The notes beneath the pieces are model-generated. The model saw only the letters and a list, made by a program, of their open reading frames with translations. It was not told the origin of the DNA and searched no databases. A DNA stretch of 64,000 nucleotides from contig NC_068998.1 in the NCBI RefSeq assembly GCF_001194135.2, forward strand, positions 17,183,564-17,247,563, given 5' to 3'. Shown piece after piece: positions 12,599 to 24,694 of the stretch. The translations under genes were made by a program, and so were the position numbers. This stretch comes from Octopus bimaculoides. Lineage: Eukaryota. Numbering within the stretch: position 1 is the first letter of the stretch; every line of letters begins with the position of its first letter.

Positions 12599-13170
12599 AT
12601 ACATATATGTATATATGTATACATATATATATATATATATACAGAGAGAGAGAGAGGAGAGAGAGAAAGAGAGTGAGAGAGAGAGAATGAGAGAGAGAGA
12701 GAGAGAGTGAGAGAGAGAATGAGAGAGAGAGAGAGATACACACATGCATACATACATGCATACATATACTCAGCAATGAGGATGGGAATAGGCAAGACAA
12801 AGTAAGGCAGATATATAAATGTATATATCATCATTATCATTTAACATCTGCTTTCCATGGGTTAGATGGTTTGATTGGAACCGGTTTGACTGGCACCAGG
12901 ATCCACTCTGATTTGGCTTGGTTTCTACATGCTCTTCCTAATGCTTTTCGAGTGAATTTAGTAGACAGAAACTTTGTAGAAGCTTGTTGTCCATATGTAC
13001 TCTGTGTGTTTGTGTGTGTGTACGTATGTGTGTGTGTGTGTGTGTGTGCAGGTGCATGCTCACATATGCACATGCATGCACCTTTTTATTTGTGGTTTGT
13101 TCTTACAGCTTAACACCAATTGTCAGTTTGTTTATGTCTTTGTAACCATGCTCTTGGACGAAATGAGACC

Positions 13171-13324
13171 AATGTCTGTGAATTGTAGTCCACTGCTTCA
13201 AAACATCCCCTGTATCATTGATCAGCATGAATATATCTTTAGATCAGAGAGGAGAGCCATATTTGATTGGCAAGGACCCAATATTTTTTTAACAAACTGT
13301 ACATTGTTTTGAAATCCTTTTTAT
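13171..13324. repeat. 154-bp exact duplicate of 11143-11296
   Basis: Base-for-base identical by eye to part of the decayed RTE relic. Confidence 0.9.
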
Positions 13325-13359
13325 AGATGGATATCTATCTATCTATCTANNNNNNNNNN

Positions 13360-13400
<41 letters not shown>

Positions 13401-13413
13401 CACACATAAATAG

Positions 13414-13450
<37 letters not shown>

Positions 13451-13694
13451 ATCATTATCATGTTAACAGGCACTTTTTATGCTCACAGTGGTTGAATGGA
13501 ATCTGTTAAAGCAGATTTTCAGTGGCTGGATACCGTTCTTATTGCCAACATTCACTTGTTTCCAAGCAAGGTTATATTTCCACATGGTCAGAGATGTTTT
13601 TCACAGGAGATTGGAAATGAATGATGTCATTTGTATGACAGTGACACCTATTTGTAACTATCATGCAATGTCAGGACAAGGAGGCACACACACG

Positions 13695-13742
<48 letters not shown>

Positions 13743-13760
13743 TATTTATATATATATAAA

Positions 13761-14131
13761 GGCATGGTGTGTGGTAAGAAGCGAGCTGGCAGAAACGTTA
13801 GCACGCCGGGCGAAATGCTTAGCGGTATTTTGTCTGTCTTTATGTTCTGAGTTCAAATTCCGCCGAGGTCGACTTTGCCTTTCATCCTTTCGGGGTCGAT
13901 AAATTAAGTACCAGTTACGCACTGGGGTCGATGTAATCGACTTAAACTTAATCCGTTTGTCTGTCCTTGTTTGTCCCCTCTATGTTTAGCCCCTTGTGGG
14001 CAATAAAGAAATAAGAAGCTTGCTTCTCAACCACATGGTTCCAGGTTCAGTCCCACTGTTTGGCACTGTGGGCTAGTGTTTTCTACTCATAAGGCCAACC
14101 AAAGTCTTATGAGCAAATTTGGTTGGCAGAA
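13761..14131 (+). mobile_element. SINE family A 5' part interrupted by a B1 copy
   Basis: ggcatggtgtgtggtaagaag | B1 | taagaagcttgcttctcaaccacatggttccaggttcagtcccac... Confidence 0.85.
13782..14011 (+). mobile_element. SINE family B1, young, nested
   Basis: CpG-rich full copy; TSD taagaag at 13775-13781 and 14012-14018. Confidence 0.9.
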
Positions 14132-14429
14132 NNNNNNNNNNNNNNNNNNNNNNNNNNNNNNNNNNNNNNNNNNNNNNNNNNNNNNNNNNNNNNNNNNNNN
14201 NNNNNNNNNNNNNNNNNNNNNNNNNNNNNNNNNNNNNNNNNNNNNNNNNNNNNNNNNNNNNNNNNNNNNNNNNNNNNNNNNNNNNNNNNNNNNNNNNNNN
14301 NNNNNNNNNNNNNNNNNNNNNNNNNNNNNNNNNNNNNNNNNNNNNNNNNNNNNNNNNNNACGTCCACTTTCCATGCTAGCATGGGTTGGACGATTTGACT
14401 GACGACTGGTGAACCAGATGGCTACACCA

Positions 14430-14462
<33 letters not shown>

Positions 14463-14655
14463 TATATACATATATATTATTTACAATGAATAGATAGGTA
14501 TTCTCACCTTGTTTGTTGTTACCACAATGTTTCATCAGGTGTGTTCTGGTGGAATTTCAAACCCAACCCATTATTTGACTAATGAGGTATTCTGTTCTTA
14601 TTCCTAAGGTATTTTTTTTTTTGCTGATGTTATTTTTTCTGTTGATATTATTTCC

Positions 14656-14730
14656 CAAGTCTCTGCATTGGATTGAATTCAGAATCTAAGGATTAGTAGC
14701 CTGTACTCTTTTCCACTATGCTATCTGCCC
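14656..14730 (-). promoter_or_regulatory. tRNA-derived Pol III internal promoter (A/B boxes)
   Basis: A box TAGCATAGTGG (14723-14713) fits TRGCNNAGTGG. B box GAATTCAATCC (14680-14670) is two transitions from GAGTTCGATTCC-type. Spacing is tRNA-like. Confidence 0.7.
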
Positions 14731-14824
14731 GTAGGCTATGGGAATATAACGTAGTGGATAATAGGAATAAGAACAGTATACCCCATTAGTCAAATAATGG
14801 GTTGGGTTTGAAATTCCACCAGGA

Positions 14825-14866
14825 CACCTGATGAATGCTGGAGAGTACATCAGCAGAAACATTGTG
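14825..14866 (+). ncRNA. Minimal type-I hammerhead ribozyme motif (decayed)
   Basis: CAC-CUGAUGA(14828-14834)-A-UGCUG/CAGCA stem II-GAAAC(14856-14860)-AUU-GUG. Stem I is CAC/GUG; position 16.2 is A rather than G. Confidence 0.7.
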
Positions 14867-16218
14867 GTAACGACAAACAAGGTAAGGACATCTATCTGTC
14901 CATTGTAAATATATATGTATGTATGTGTCTTTGTGTCAGTGTTTGTTCCCACATCACTGCTTGACAACCGGTGTTGGTGTGTTTACATCCCCATAACTTA
15001 GCGGTTTGGCAAAAGAACTGATAGAATAAGTAGTAGGCTTCAAAAATAAGTCCTGGTGTCAGGTTGTTTGATTAAAATCCCTTCGAGGTGGTGCTCCAGC
15101 ATGGCTGCAGTCAAATGATTGGGTTTCTTTCCATCTATAGAATCTACTCACAGGACTGAAACAGGGCTATGGTAGAAGATACATGCCTAAAATGCCTTGC
15201 AGTAGTACTGAACCTGAAACCATTTGGTTAGAAAGTAGACTCCTTAGCCACATACACACATGCATGCACGTGCACACACACACACACGCACACAATATTA
15301 TAATATATTACATTTATTTAACTGAAAGTTCTAATTCAATTACTCTGAGTTTCATGTTTCTGTTAAACAAAACCTGAACAATGAAAATGGGAAATGTTTA
15401 AGAGAATATTGAGAAAATGTAAAGAAAAACAAAAGGAAAACATTTGATTAGCTACATGTGCAAAGATAAATTTGAAGAGATAAAAATATTTGGTTATTTG
15501 TGTTCCAAAGAAAAATTATTTGTGTTTATAAAAATTAATAAATAAATATATAAGGGTGAAATTCAATCCTATTAACTGAAGGTCTCTTAGGCCATCCTCT
15601 GAACGTCATTCATGATGAAATACAGCAAAGCTGAAGAAGGAAAGAATGCAGGAAAGAAAAAAGGAAAGGAGAAAGAGAGAAATGAAGGATGGTGGAAAAA
15701 AAAAGACAAAGAAAGCTATATAATAACTCATTGTAAAAGTAAAAGAAAAGTTGATTTGAGAACATGTTTGAAATTAAATTTTCATTTATAAAATCACATA
15801 AGATGATAAAAAAAAAGCCTCCTGAAACCTAGAATAGTTAAAGGCAAAACAGAAAACAAAGATGCAATTGCAAAATGCTGAGTCTGCCTTAGGAAAATTA
15901 CATAACAATGTTTTTCAATTTATGTAAACATATACACAGTAGGTGCAGGGCATAGCACATAGCTGTACGGTAAGAAATTTGCTTCTCAACCACATGGTTC
16001 TCAACCACATGGTTCTGGCTTCAATTGTACTACATGGTGATTTGATGATTTGGGCAAGTGTCTTCTACTATAATCTCAGGCCAACCAAAACCTTGTGAGT
16101 GGATTTAATTCAGAAACTGGAAGAAACTCACCATATGTATGTATATCTATCTATCTATCTTCTATCTATCTATCTATCTACAGGCAGACAGACAGACAGA
16201 CAGTCAGACAGACAGACA

Positions 16219-16254
<36 letters not shown>

Positions 16255-16259
<5 letters not shown>

Positions 16260-17142
16260 GATGTTCATATTAAATCTGTCAATTTTCATAAAAAGAAAAG
16301 AAAATACAATTTCCCATCCCCAAATCAAAGTAATTTTAAAATATCAAAAATTACCAATGAGTAGATTAGCACTGGGAAATAAGAGTTCACTCAAAATAGT
16401 CACACTCAGCTTCTACCACATCCTCAAGATGGTTTTGGAACCGGGCACCTTCATTCTTCGTTGTGTCTCTGGGAAGATCTTTGAACACCTCATTGATCTT
16501 GGCTGCTAGATTGGCCTTGGTGTTGCAGATAATGTATTTGATGTTTTTTCTCAACTATGCCTCCCTATTCCCCCAATTGTAATCTTGGATAACAATCAGG
16601 GAAATTAGGTGGGCAGAAACTGGGGCTCATGAAGTCATAGAAATTCTCCAACAACTACTTCTGACTCTTTCCAGAAGTATGGCCTGAAGCCAAATCCTAC
16701 TACCACACATATGGCCTTCCAGCATCAACCCTCTCTAGCCAGTCTCCAGCAGCTTCACATAGCCATCTGAATAGAACATAAGGTTCTGCTCATCAGTTGT
16801 TGGATGAATTCAGAATGCCTGCTATGTCCCTTCCAGCTGGCCACAGCTTTGTAGTCTCTGTTGCAGCTATCCATACCACATCTTGTAGATTTTATAGAGT
16901 CCACAGAGCATTGAGCAGCAGTCATGATGTTGCTATTTTGATACTTGGTGCAAATGATGATAGAGGTAACTCTTTTTCAACATTCAGATAGCTTCCAGCC
17001 CTCTATGTCAGCTAGCTTTTTGTCGACTACAACTTTAATCTTTATGCTCTCCTACGCTGTTGTTGATTGTTCACTAAAATATCAAGCTGTTCCTGAAAAG
17101 GAAACATAAAAAAAGATCATCAAAATTAGTCTGAACATCCTG
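16255..17142 (-). mobile_element. Tc1/mariner maT (DD37D-type) internally deleted element with degenerate TIRs
   Basis: Minus strand reads ...VDAGRPYVW...ENFYDFMSPSFCPPNFPDC...CNTKANLAAKINEVFKDLPRDTTKNEGARFQNHLEDVVEAECDYFE*. Ends are cagaggatgttcatattaa / ttagtctgaacatcctg. Confidence 0.75.
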
Positions 17143-17175
17143 TTTGTGTATGTTTGTGTGTGTGTGTATGTGAGT

Positions 17176-17407
17176 TATTTCTTTACTACCCACAAGGGGC
17201 TACACACAGAGGGGACAAACAAGGACAGACAAACGGATCAAGTCAATTATATCGACCCCAGTGCATAACTGGTACTTATTTAATCGACCCCGAAAGGATG
17301 AAAGGCAAAGTGGACCTCGGCGGAATTTGAACTCAGAACGTAGCAGCAGACGAAATACCGCTAAGCATTTTGCCCGATGTGCTAGCGTTTCTGCCAGCTC
17401 GCCGCCT
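17176..17407 (-). mobile_element. SINE family B1
   Basis: Full reverse-complement copy of 13782-14011, lying in a (TG)n context. Confidence 0.9.
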
Positions 17408-17439
<32 letters not shown>

Positions 17440-18674
17440 CATGCGTGCACATGCATGCAAGCATGCATATGTGTGAGTGTGTGTTACTGACTTCTTGGTT
17501 TGACATCATGTAATAGTTGTAAACTAATGTCACCATTATGCAAGTGGTACCCTTTGTTTTCAGTCATCTGTGAAAAAATGCCTAGTCATGTAGAAATATT
17601 ACCTTACTTGGAAACAGGTGATGGTTGGTGAGAGGAAAGACATAGAGAAGTAGAAAATCTGGTTCAACAAATTCCATCTGATCCATGCAAGCATGGAAAG
17701 GTGAATGTGAAAATGATGTTATATTCAGTACATTATTCCACAAGTTCATGTTCTCATTCTCCTTCAATATTAAAATCTTTCCTGTTAAGTGAAGTTAACT
17801 CAGTATCTTTATGCTATTTCCAGATTGGAAAAAGTAAGGATTAATCATTTTATGTAAAAGGTGGTGTTACCATTTTGCCTTAATCTCCAAATATATCTAA
17901 AAGAAGAAAACAGGTAGCAATTTTATGTTCTGGTTAACTCACAAATACTTGTGAGGGTAAAATCATGTTTTAAATTAATTATCTGTTGATCTGATGTACG
18001 ATTTCATCTGTGTGTCATTGATCAATTCTACTTTGATACAGTATACCAAGGAATTGGCAAGACAATTCCCATTAAGCAGGAAGATACTAGGATTTCTACA
18101 GCTACACCTGCTTTTGGTTTTGGCATTACTATTATTTGACATGTTCCACATTAATTGAATTAATTAAGCAACTGAATTTGTTGCAGAAAGAGTAAGAAAC
18201 ATTAATAGAATTTTTAGCAAAGATTTTATGGAAGCTACATTCTCACTTAAAATGAATGAAACTAATTTAAGCTCTTTGACTATACTTGTTAAAGTAAAAA
18301 TTAGATTATACCACATGACTTTTCAATTTTTATTTATACATTTAGGAAGTATAGGCCTAGCTATATATACCATGCTATTCGAAAATCTTAATGAGTAAAT
18401 GCTTCATTATAGATATGTGAAAGTTTTACAAAAGCATCTCCATCTCAGTATAGGGATGCTATAAGTCTACTAACATTGACCACACCTTTACTGTGTTCCC
18501 CATTCATTGCATCCACTTAGCTGTTTAGCATTCAAACTGGTCATATCCAGCCCACATATTCTACCTACTTTATGTTCAAACCATCCAGACAAAGTTATTC
18601 TAAAATAAGCAATCACATCATTGAAATCTCCAAGTTATGAGATAATGCATGATTAATTCAAAACAACGTGAATA

Positions 18675-18930
18675 AAAAGGTGCAGGTATGGTAAGAAGCT
18701 TGCTTCCCAACCACATGGTCCCAGGTTCAGTCCTACTGTATGGCACCTTGCGCAAGTGTCTTTAACTATAGCCTCAGGCTAACCAAAGCCTTGTGAGTGG
18801 ATTTGGTAGATGGAAGTTGAAAGAAGCCTGTCATATTTGTGTGTGTGTCTATGTTCCCCCCACCCCCGCCACCATCGCTTGACAACCGATGTTGGAGTGT
18901 TTACATTTCTGTAACTTAGCAGTTTGGCAA
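18675..18930 (+). mobile_element. SINE family A, 3'-truncated
   Basis: ggtgcaggtatggtaagaagcttgcttcccaaccacatgg...gcttgacaaccgatg...gtaacttagcagtttggcaa. Confidence 0.85.
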
Positions 18931-20458
18931 GTCAGCAAGAGAGCAGTTCGTAGCGAGCAGAGAGCCGGCCGCTGCCGCCGGCGAAGCAGTGGTGCGATCA
19001 TCAGTCTGGAGTAGCCTGACCTTCTAGTCGAAGATGCTTGTCAAGCTCTTGTAAACATATAATAATTCTAGTGAAATACATTCACTGATTTCAAATTTAG
19101 AAATAATACATTGGATGTAGGCTTAGCTGGGTGGAGGTGCTTGTCTCCCCCTTGTAAATATAAGGACACAGGAAATGTTTCAAGGCCGACAGGAAGCGGT
19201 GCAGCTTTCTAGGTCTAACCAACAGTAGTATTATTCCCTTCAGGGGACTGTCACATTCAGTTGACAACATACAATTACTTCATCGTATCACTACTGCATA
19301 AATCTCTCTGAGAGATTTAGAAATGTGGTGGTGGTGGTGGCAATGGTGTTGTCAGTTATGATGATGATGATGATATTAAGGTAGCAAATTTTGATAATAT
19401 TCACATTAAGGAGGCAGGAATGATGAAGCCCAAGATAAAATATTTTGCCCTAGATTAAATAATTACTTGTCATCCATTTATCTTGGCTGTTCTAATCCTT
19501 TTGGGGGGTTTACTGACTTGGTATTTCTGCCTTCTTGTGTTGATAAAATAAATATCAAGCATATTTTGGAATCTGTTTACTCAATTATACCTTCTCACTA
19601 CTAATTTGTGGTCTTAGCTAGCCAAAGAAATCAATATTTGTGACCATATTTTTAATGAAAACCACTACCTATGTGTTTCAAAATTAATTTTGAAATTAAT
19701 CAACGAATCGGAGTGATTTAGTAAAATAATAAACTTGTATGTTATTAACTATTTCATGACAATATTTCTGATGCAATACACCGTAAGTATATAACTTCAA
19801 TTCAATTTTGAATGAGCCAGTGAGATAGTCTCCACATGGTCGCTTGTCCTGCTAGAAATAGCAGCTAAATCTCTCTCAAGCATGTCTACCATTTTAGAAA
19901 ACAACATGTTGGTTAATGTGGTTCTGACTTCCTTGTAATTGTAAAAAAAAACAAGATTGGCATGTATGGAATTACCTTTGATCATAGGATTGCTCAACCA
20001 GAGATTAACCTTAAGCTAAACAGTAACAGTAATTAATTTAAAAACTAATCAAGGATTTTGTGGAATTTAATAAAAAAATTTTTTTATGAAGTTGATTTTA
20101 AGAGCAGTGAAGTGGCAGTGCTATTAGAGCTATTAGAGTATCTGACATAATTTGTTGTAGTAGTTCTTCCTGTAGTCTACATTCTGAGCTCAGATCCACC
20201 AAACTCAACTTTGCCATGGCTGAAGTCTTAAAATGACTTGGATGTGTTGGTGCAGTAGTAGACACACCAGTCAAAGGTGTTTGGCATTGGATGACAAAAG
20301 TTTGAGTCTTCAGGTCTCTAGTCCTCTCAGTCTTGTTCTTTAGTTGCAAGACTTGGACACTGTCTGGGGTCCTTAGGAGCTGCCTGAACTCCTTTGGTAC
20401 CAGGACACTTTGCAAGATTAAGGGTTACCATTGGCTGGATTTCATATACAACCAACGT

Positions 20459-20660
20459 GGAGGCATGTGGCTTAGTGGTTAGAGTGTTGGGCTCATGATT
20501 GTAAAATTGTGGTTTTGATTCCTGGACCAGTCAATGCATTGTGTTCTTGAGCAAGACACTTCATTTTACATTGTTCCAGTTCACTCAGCTGTCAAAAACG
20601 AGTAATTGCACAACAGACTGACATCCCATCCAAGGGGGGAATACATACACCAGGAAACCA
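20459..20660 (+). mobile_element. tRNA-derived SINE family H
   Basis: ggaggcatgtggcttagtggttagagtg...ttgattcctgg...ttgtgttcttgagcaagacacttc...ccagttcactcagctg. Relatives lie at about 42855-43072(-), 44810-44960(+) and 47440-47610(-). Confidence 0.75.
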
Positions 20661-20686
20661 GAAGGTAATTTTACCTTTTTTTTTTA

Positions 20687-21971
20687 CTGTAAAAACCCAT
20701 GTAATTTGTGCACCTGTGGAATTTACACAGGTGATTTTTTCAGGATAAAATTTGTTAAAAAAAGCTTCTACTCATGTAAAATTTGCACCCAAAAGTTTTC
20801 AGAATTGCTGATACAGCCAGTGAAAAAGGTTTTCTATTTAGTTGTATTTAGTATAATTTTACTTACTTATGATTAAATTTTATTAAATTTTCATTAAATA
20901 AAAATAATTTCTGTTTAACAGGTATCACATTAAAACCTATTAAATTACGAAGTGTTTGTGTTGTTTATAATAAACTTTATTATACATTTCTTGCCCACAA
21001 GAGATTATGTCTGATCTTTAGCATACTGCTTTATGTCTTCTCAAATCAGCATCACAGGAAAAGTTGTTGATAAGAATTACCAACAAAAACAAAGCTGATA
21101 AATACACACAGGTGTTGCAAATTAAGTTCAATTACCAATAAACATCAGCTTGGATGACACTTTGCTCAACCAACAGAGGAAGGTGACTGACCAAACTGAT
21201 TATGTAAACAAATTTCTTTTCCACCTATTCTTGTTGGAACCTTTGATATGCAGTATTGACATTTTAATCCCTTTCACACTTATGAAATGTCAAGCAAACT
21301 TAAAAATTTGTCATTACTGTTATTGTCAGTATGGGCAGAACTTATTAATCATTTATTGTGAAGGAGAAATCAAATATGTTGAATATACATTTGAACGTGG
21401 CAATACAGCTGCCAGAAGGCACTTTAATGTTACTGAAGCCAACGTTCAAAATTGGTGTAAACAGTATGACAAACTTAAAACTGTGCCTAGTAATAAACAG
21501 ACAAAAATAGAAACATACAATGAAGGTTATCTCTATCATTACATTTTTTTCCAGTCAGGAATATCCATATCACTATGTATGTGATTGGTGTTCCATTGTG
21601 ATAGGTAAAAATCCAAGCAATGTAAAATATGGTCCAGACCGTGTTTACCAGCATGAACTTCAGACTCTAAAAGGTAGTCAACCATTTAATGGTTTTAGTA
21701 AATTTATACAGAAAAAGTAAGCATTATACTGCCCAGCATAAATAAAAGTCAACTTCATTATATTTAAGTCATTATTTCTTTCTGCAAAAACCTATTCTGA
21801 TAGTAAATGAGTCAACTTCCAGTACAAATGTTTACATTTTGTACGTCTTTTTTCAACAAAAAAATTTCAAATAAAATTCTGGAAACGATCTACTCATGTA
21901 ATTTACACACCCATTAAAGTTTATATTTATTTTTGTGAAAAAAAGTGTATAAATTACATGGGTTTTTACAG
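20687..21971 (+). mobile_element. pogo-like DNA transposon, internally deleted, with TIRs and TA target duplication
   Basis: TIRs ctgtaaaaacccatgtaatttgtgcac / rc ctgtaaaaacccatgtaatttatacac (25/27), with TA at 20685-86 and 21972-73. 21360-21480 encodes EGEIKYVEYTFERGNTAARRHFNVTEANVQNWCKQYDKLK, a Brinker-type HTH like those of pogo transposases. Confidence 0.85.
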
Positions 21972-21974
21972 TAT

Positions 21975-22458
21975 ATACTCAGAAAATCAAGCAACATGAC
22001 CATACAGTCTAAGCTGACACTCCTGAATCATACAAGTAACCGGATGCATCTCAGGTTCTAAGTATAGTCATTGGTTGTATATACTGAGACTTTCCCAAGA
22101 TCAGCAAAGGTATGTTGCAGCACTTAATGCTGAATCATTAAAACAATGTTTAGCACACCAGATTACACAGAGGTCTAATAGAATAGCTCTCAGAAACAGA
22201 CCATGTACAAATTCGTTCTTCACAACACCTGGAGCTGCTTTCAGATATGATTTATCCCATTCTTATAAAAATGATAATTCTGTCGAAACTGGTGTAGGAA
22301 ACTTAAATTGTCATTTTATGCAAAGCTTCAAAATTTACTCCACAAATGTTTTGTTGTCAATGCTGCACTTTTCTGTATCACCTGTTTCAACATAATTATA
22401 ATATATAAATACAAACTATGCCATTTTAATATTGAGCAATACTGGATATCTCTGCTTG
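21975..22458 (+). mobile_element. Helitron relic: RepHel N-terminal coding fragment joined to a 3' terminus
   Basis: ORF 22075-22395 contains AAFRYDLSHSYKNDNSVETGVGNLNCHF, like the RepHel AAF.YD...V.IG.M...C motif. The end gagcaatactggatatctctgcttg|t resembles the Helitron ...GCCGGGTA..CTAG|T. Confidence 0.55.
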
Positions 22459-22521
22459 TTAGTTACTAAAATCGTTTTGTTAAGTAGACAGACCTTTGGA
22501 AAGCATTGAATCAATGAAATT

Positions 22522-22730
22522 ATCTTTTATCTTTTATTGTTTCAGTCATTAGATGGCGGCCATGCTGGGAAACCACCTTGAAGAATTTTGTTTTAGTTGA
22601 ATGAATTGACCTCAGGACTTACTTTTTGTTAGGCCAGGTACTTATTCTATTGGTCTCTTTTGCTGAACCACAAAGTTACAGGGACATAAATACATCAATA
22701 CTGGTAGTGGGGGACAAACACAGACACAAA

Positions 22731-22772
<42 letters not shown>

Positions 22773-23040
22773 TGCACATGCACACGTATGCACATATGTA
22801 TAAATATATATGATATACACACACACACACACACATATGACAGGCTTCTTTTAGTTTCCATATACCAAATTCACTCACAAGGCTTTGGTTGGCCAGAGGC
22901 CATAGTTAAAGACACTTGCCCATGGTGCCACTCAGTGGGACTGNNNNNNNNNNCTTGCCCATGGTGCCACTCAGTGGGACTGAAACCAAAACCATGTGGT
23001 TGGGAAGCAAACTTCTTACCACACAGCCATGCCTGCACCT
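22522..23040 (-). mobile_element. SINE family A, near full length with internal (CA)n expansion
   Basis: Head at 23040, tail at 22522; internal microsatellite about 22730-22850. Confidence 0.85.
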
Positions 23041-24379
23041 ACATTTTTATATTTACCACTAAATAAAATATCAAGATTACACTACAAGAGAGAGAGAGAG
23101 ATTGAGAGATTGAGAGAGAGAGAAGTGTTAAATGTTTCAAATGATCATAAGCCTACAGAAATCCAATATCAAGATTGGTCTTGGCTCTCTCTATTCAGTG
23201 TTAGTTCAAATCAATAATAAGCTAGAGAACCGTCTGTTATAAAGTTGTTGATATGAACAGATGTTTTCTCTTCTAAATATCAAAGTTTGTTTGATTGTTG
23301 TTGCTTTGTTGTGCTTGCTGTTTGGTAAAAGGGTAGTTGTTTTTTTTTTTGTGCCGTTGTTGTTGATTTAGCTTTTGCTGTCGTTTCTGTTGTTGATGCA
23401 TTTGTTGTTCTGTTGTTTTTGTTTTTGTAGTTGTTGTTGTTGTTGTTGGTGTCTCTGTTGTTTTGTTCTTATTGTTATTCTGTTGTTGTTGTTGTTGCTG
23501 TTGTTGTCGTCGTTGTCGTCATCATCATCGTCATTTGTTGCTTTTTTCAGTCAGGTCAGCTCTGATAAAGTAGACCAAGGATCAAAGAATTCCATCTATG
23601 ACCATCTCATCTGATTTCCTATTTTCAGACATAGCAAGTGAATGTAGAACTGCATTATCCTTTGTGTCTTTGCTTTCATAGTTTTTTTAAAGATGTTAAG
23701 GTGATGTGCTTTGAGAAGAGTTTAGCTGCTATTTCTAGCAGATCAAGTAACCACATCAAAGGATTGTCATTGGTTCAAAGTTTGTTTGATTTCATGTTTG
23801 GTTGTTGAATGAGAAACAAAATTGAATCCATTTAACTCTAATTCTTCTGAAGTAAGAGTCTATAATACAGTCCTGCTAGTCACACCTAGAATGTGTTCAA
23901 GTGTTACGTTATAAACAACCTTGACTATGAAATGAATCAGACATAAGCAAAATCTTCAAAATAGTGAAACAAGTTTGGTGTGTTACATTTTAAGCAATCT
24001 TAATTATGGAATGAAATCAAAGATGTACTCTTTCCTCTTTTATTCTTTTACCCATTTGAGCCTGTGTGCCATGGCCATGCTGTGGCACAATCATTGTTGT
24101 TGCTGCACTTTTACTCACCCTCCCTCTTTGGTTGTTTTTTTTTTTTTTGGTGAATGAGAGAGTTCACTGTTGCAATGTTGCTCCTCTCATTTGAATTTCT
24201 TGCCATGAGGTAAAGGCATCTGGAATCTCAGATAATAAGATGTACGGTTAGCTCTTGAAAGCATCATTTACACTGTGTAGATTTCTCAAGCCTTTTGAAG
24301 AGCTATGTGCCTTTGAGACCTATGGCACTATCTGGTCATAATTCTAGGGAATTTTTGGTTCTATGTAATAGCATCATTT

Positions 24380-24694
24380 ACAAAGATTTTTCTAGCATTT
24401 TTTATCTGTGAACCCCTTTGATTACTATTCTATTCTGGTGGATCTCCTCATAGCCATTTGATGCTTTTAAAAAACTTGTTTTATAGTTTTTAGTTGGTTG
24501 AACTATGTAAAATGTTGGAGAAAGAAACCCAGCTGTTTCTTGCAATACATACCAATGCACACATCTAAAGCAACATTTTTTCAGGGGCACTTAAAATACT
24601 ATTGTGGAGTCCTTATTTACTATTTTGTTGTGTAGATCCTTGCAAAATCTTATATGGACCCCAGGGGCAATATAGACCCTTTGGACAACCACTG
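24380..24694 (-). mobile_element. hAT-like MITE fragment (CAGTGGTT terminus)
   Basis: Ends ...ttggacaaccactg; its reverse complement aligns with 47809-47915. The left boundary is uncertain. Confidence 0.6.

Larger units (their letters stand above)
14479..14910 (-). mobile_element. Composite element: tRNA-derived head plus Penelope-type hammerhead terminus, with inverted terminal duplication (family P1)
   Basis: Inverted arms at 14479-14606 and 14762-14910, a tRNA-like head at 14730-14656 on the minus strand, a hammerhead motif in the right arm, and (TA)n on both outer sides. Confidence 0.7.

Noticed and set aside
22916-22983. Direct repeat cttgcccatggtgccactcagtgggactg either side of 10 Ns
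   Set aside because: This is a typical unmerged contig overlap in scaffolding.
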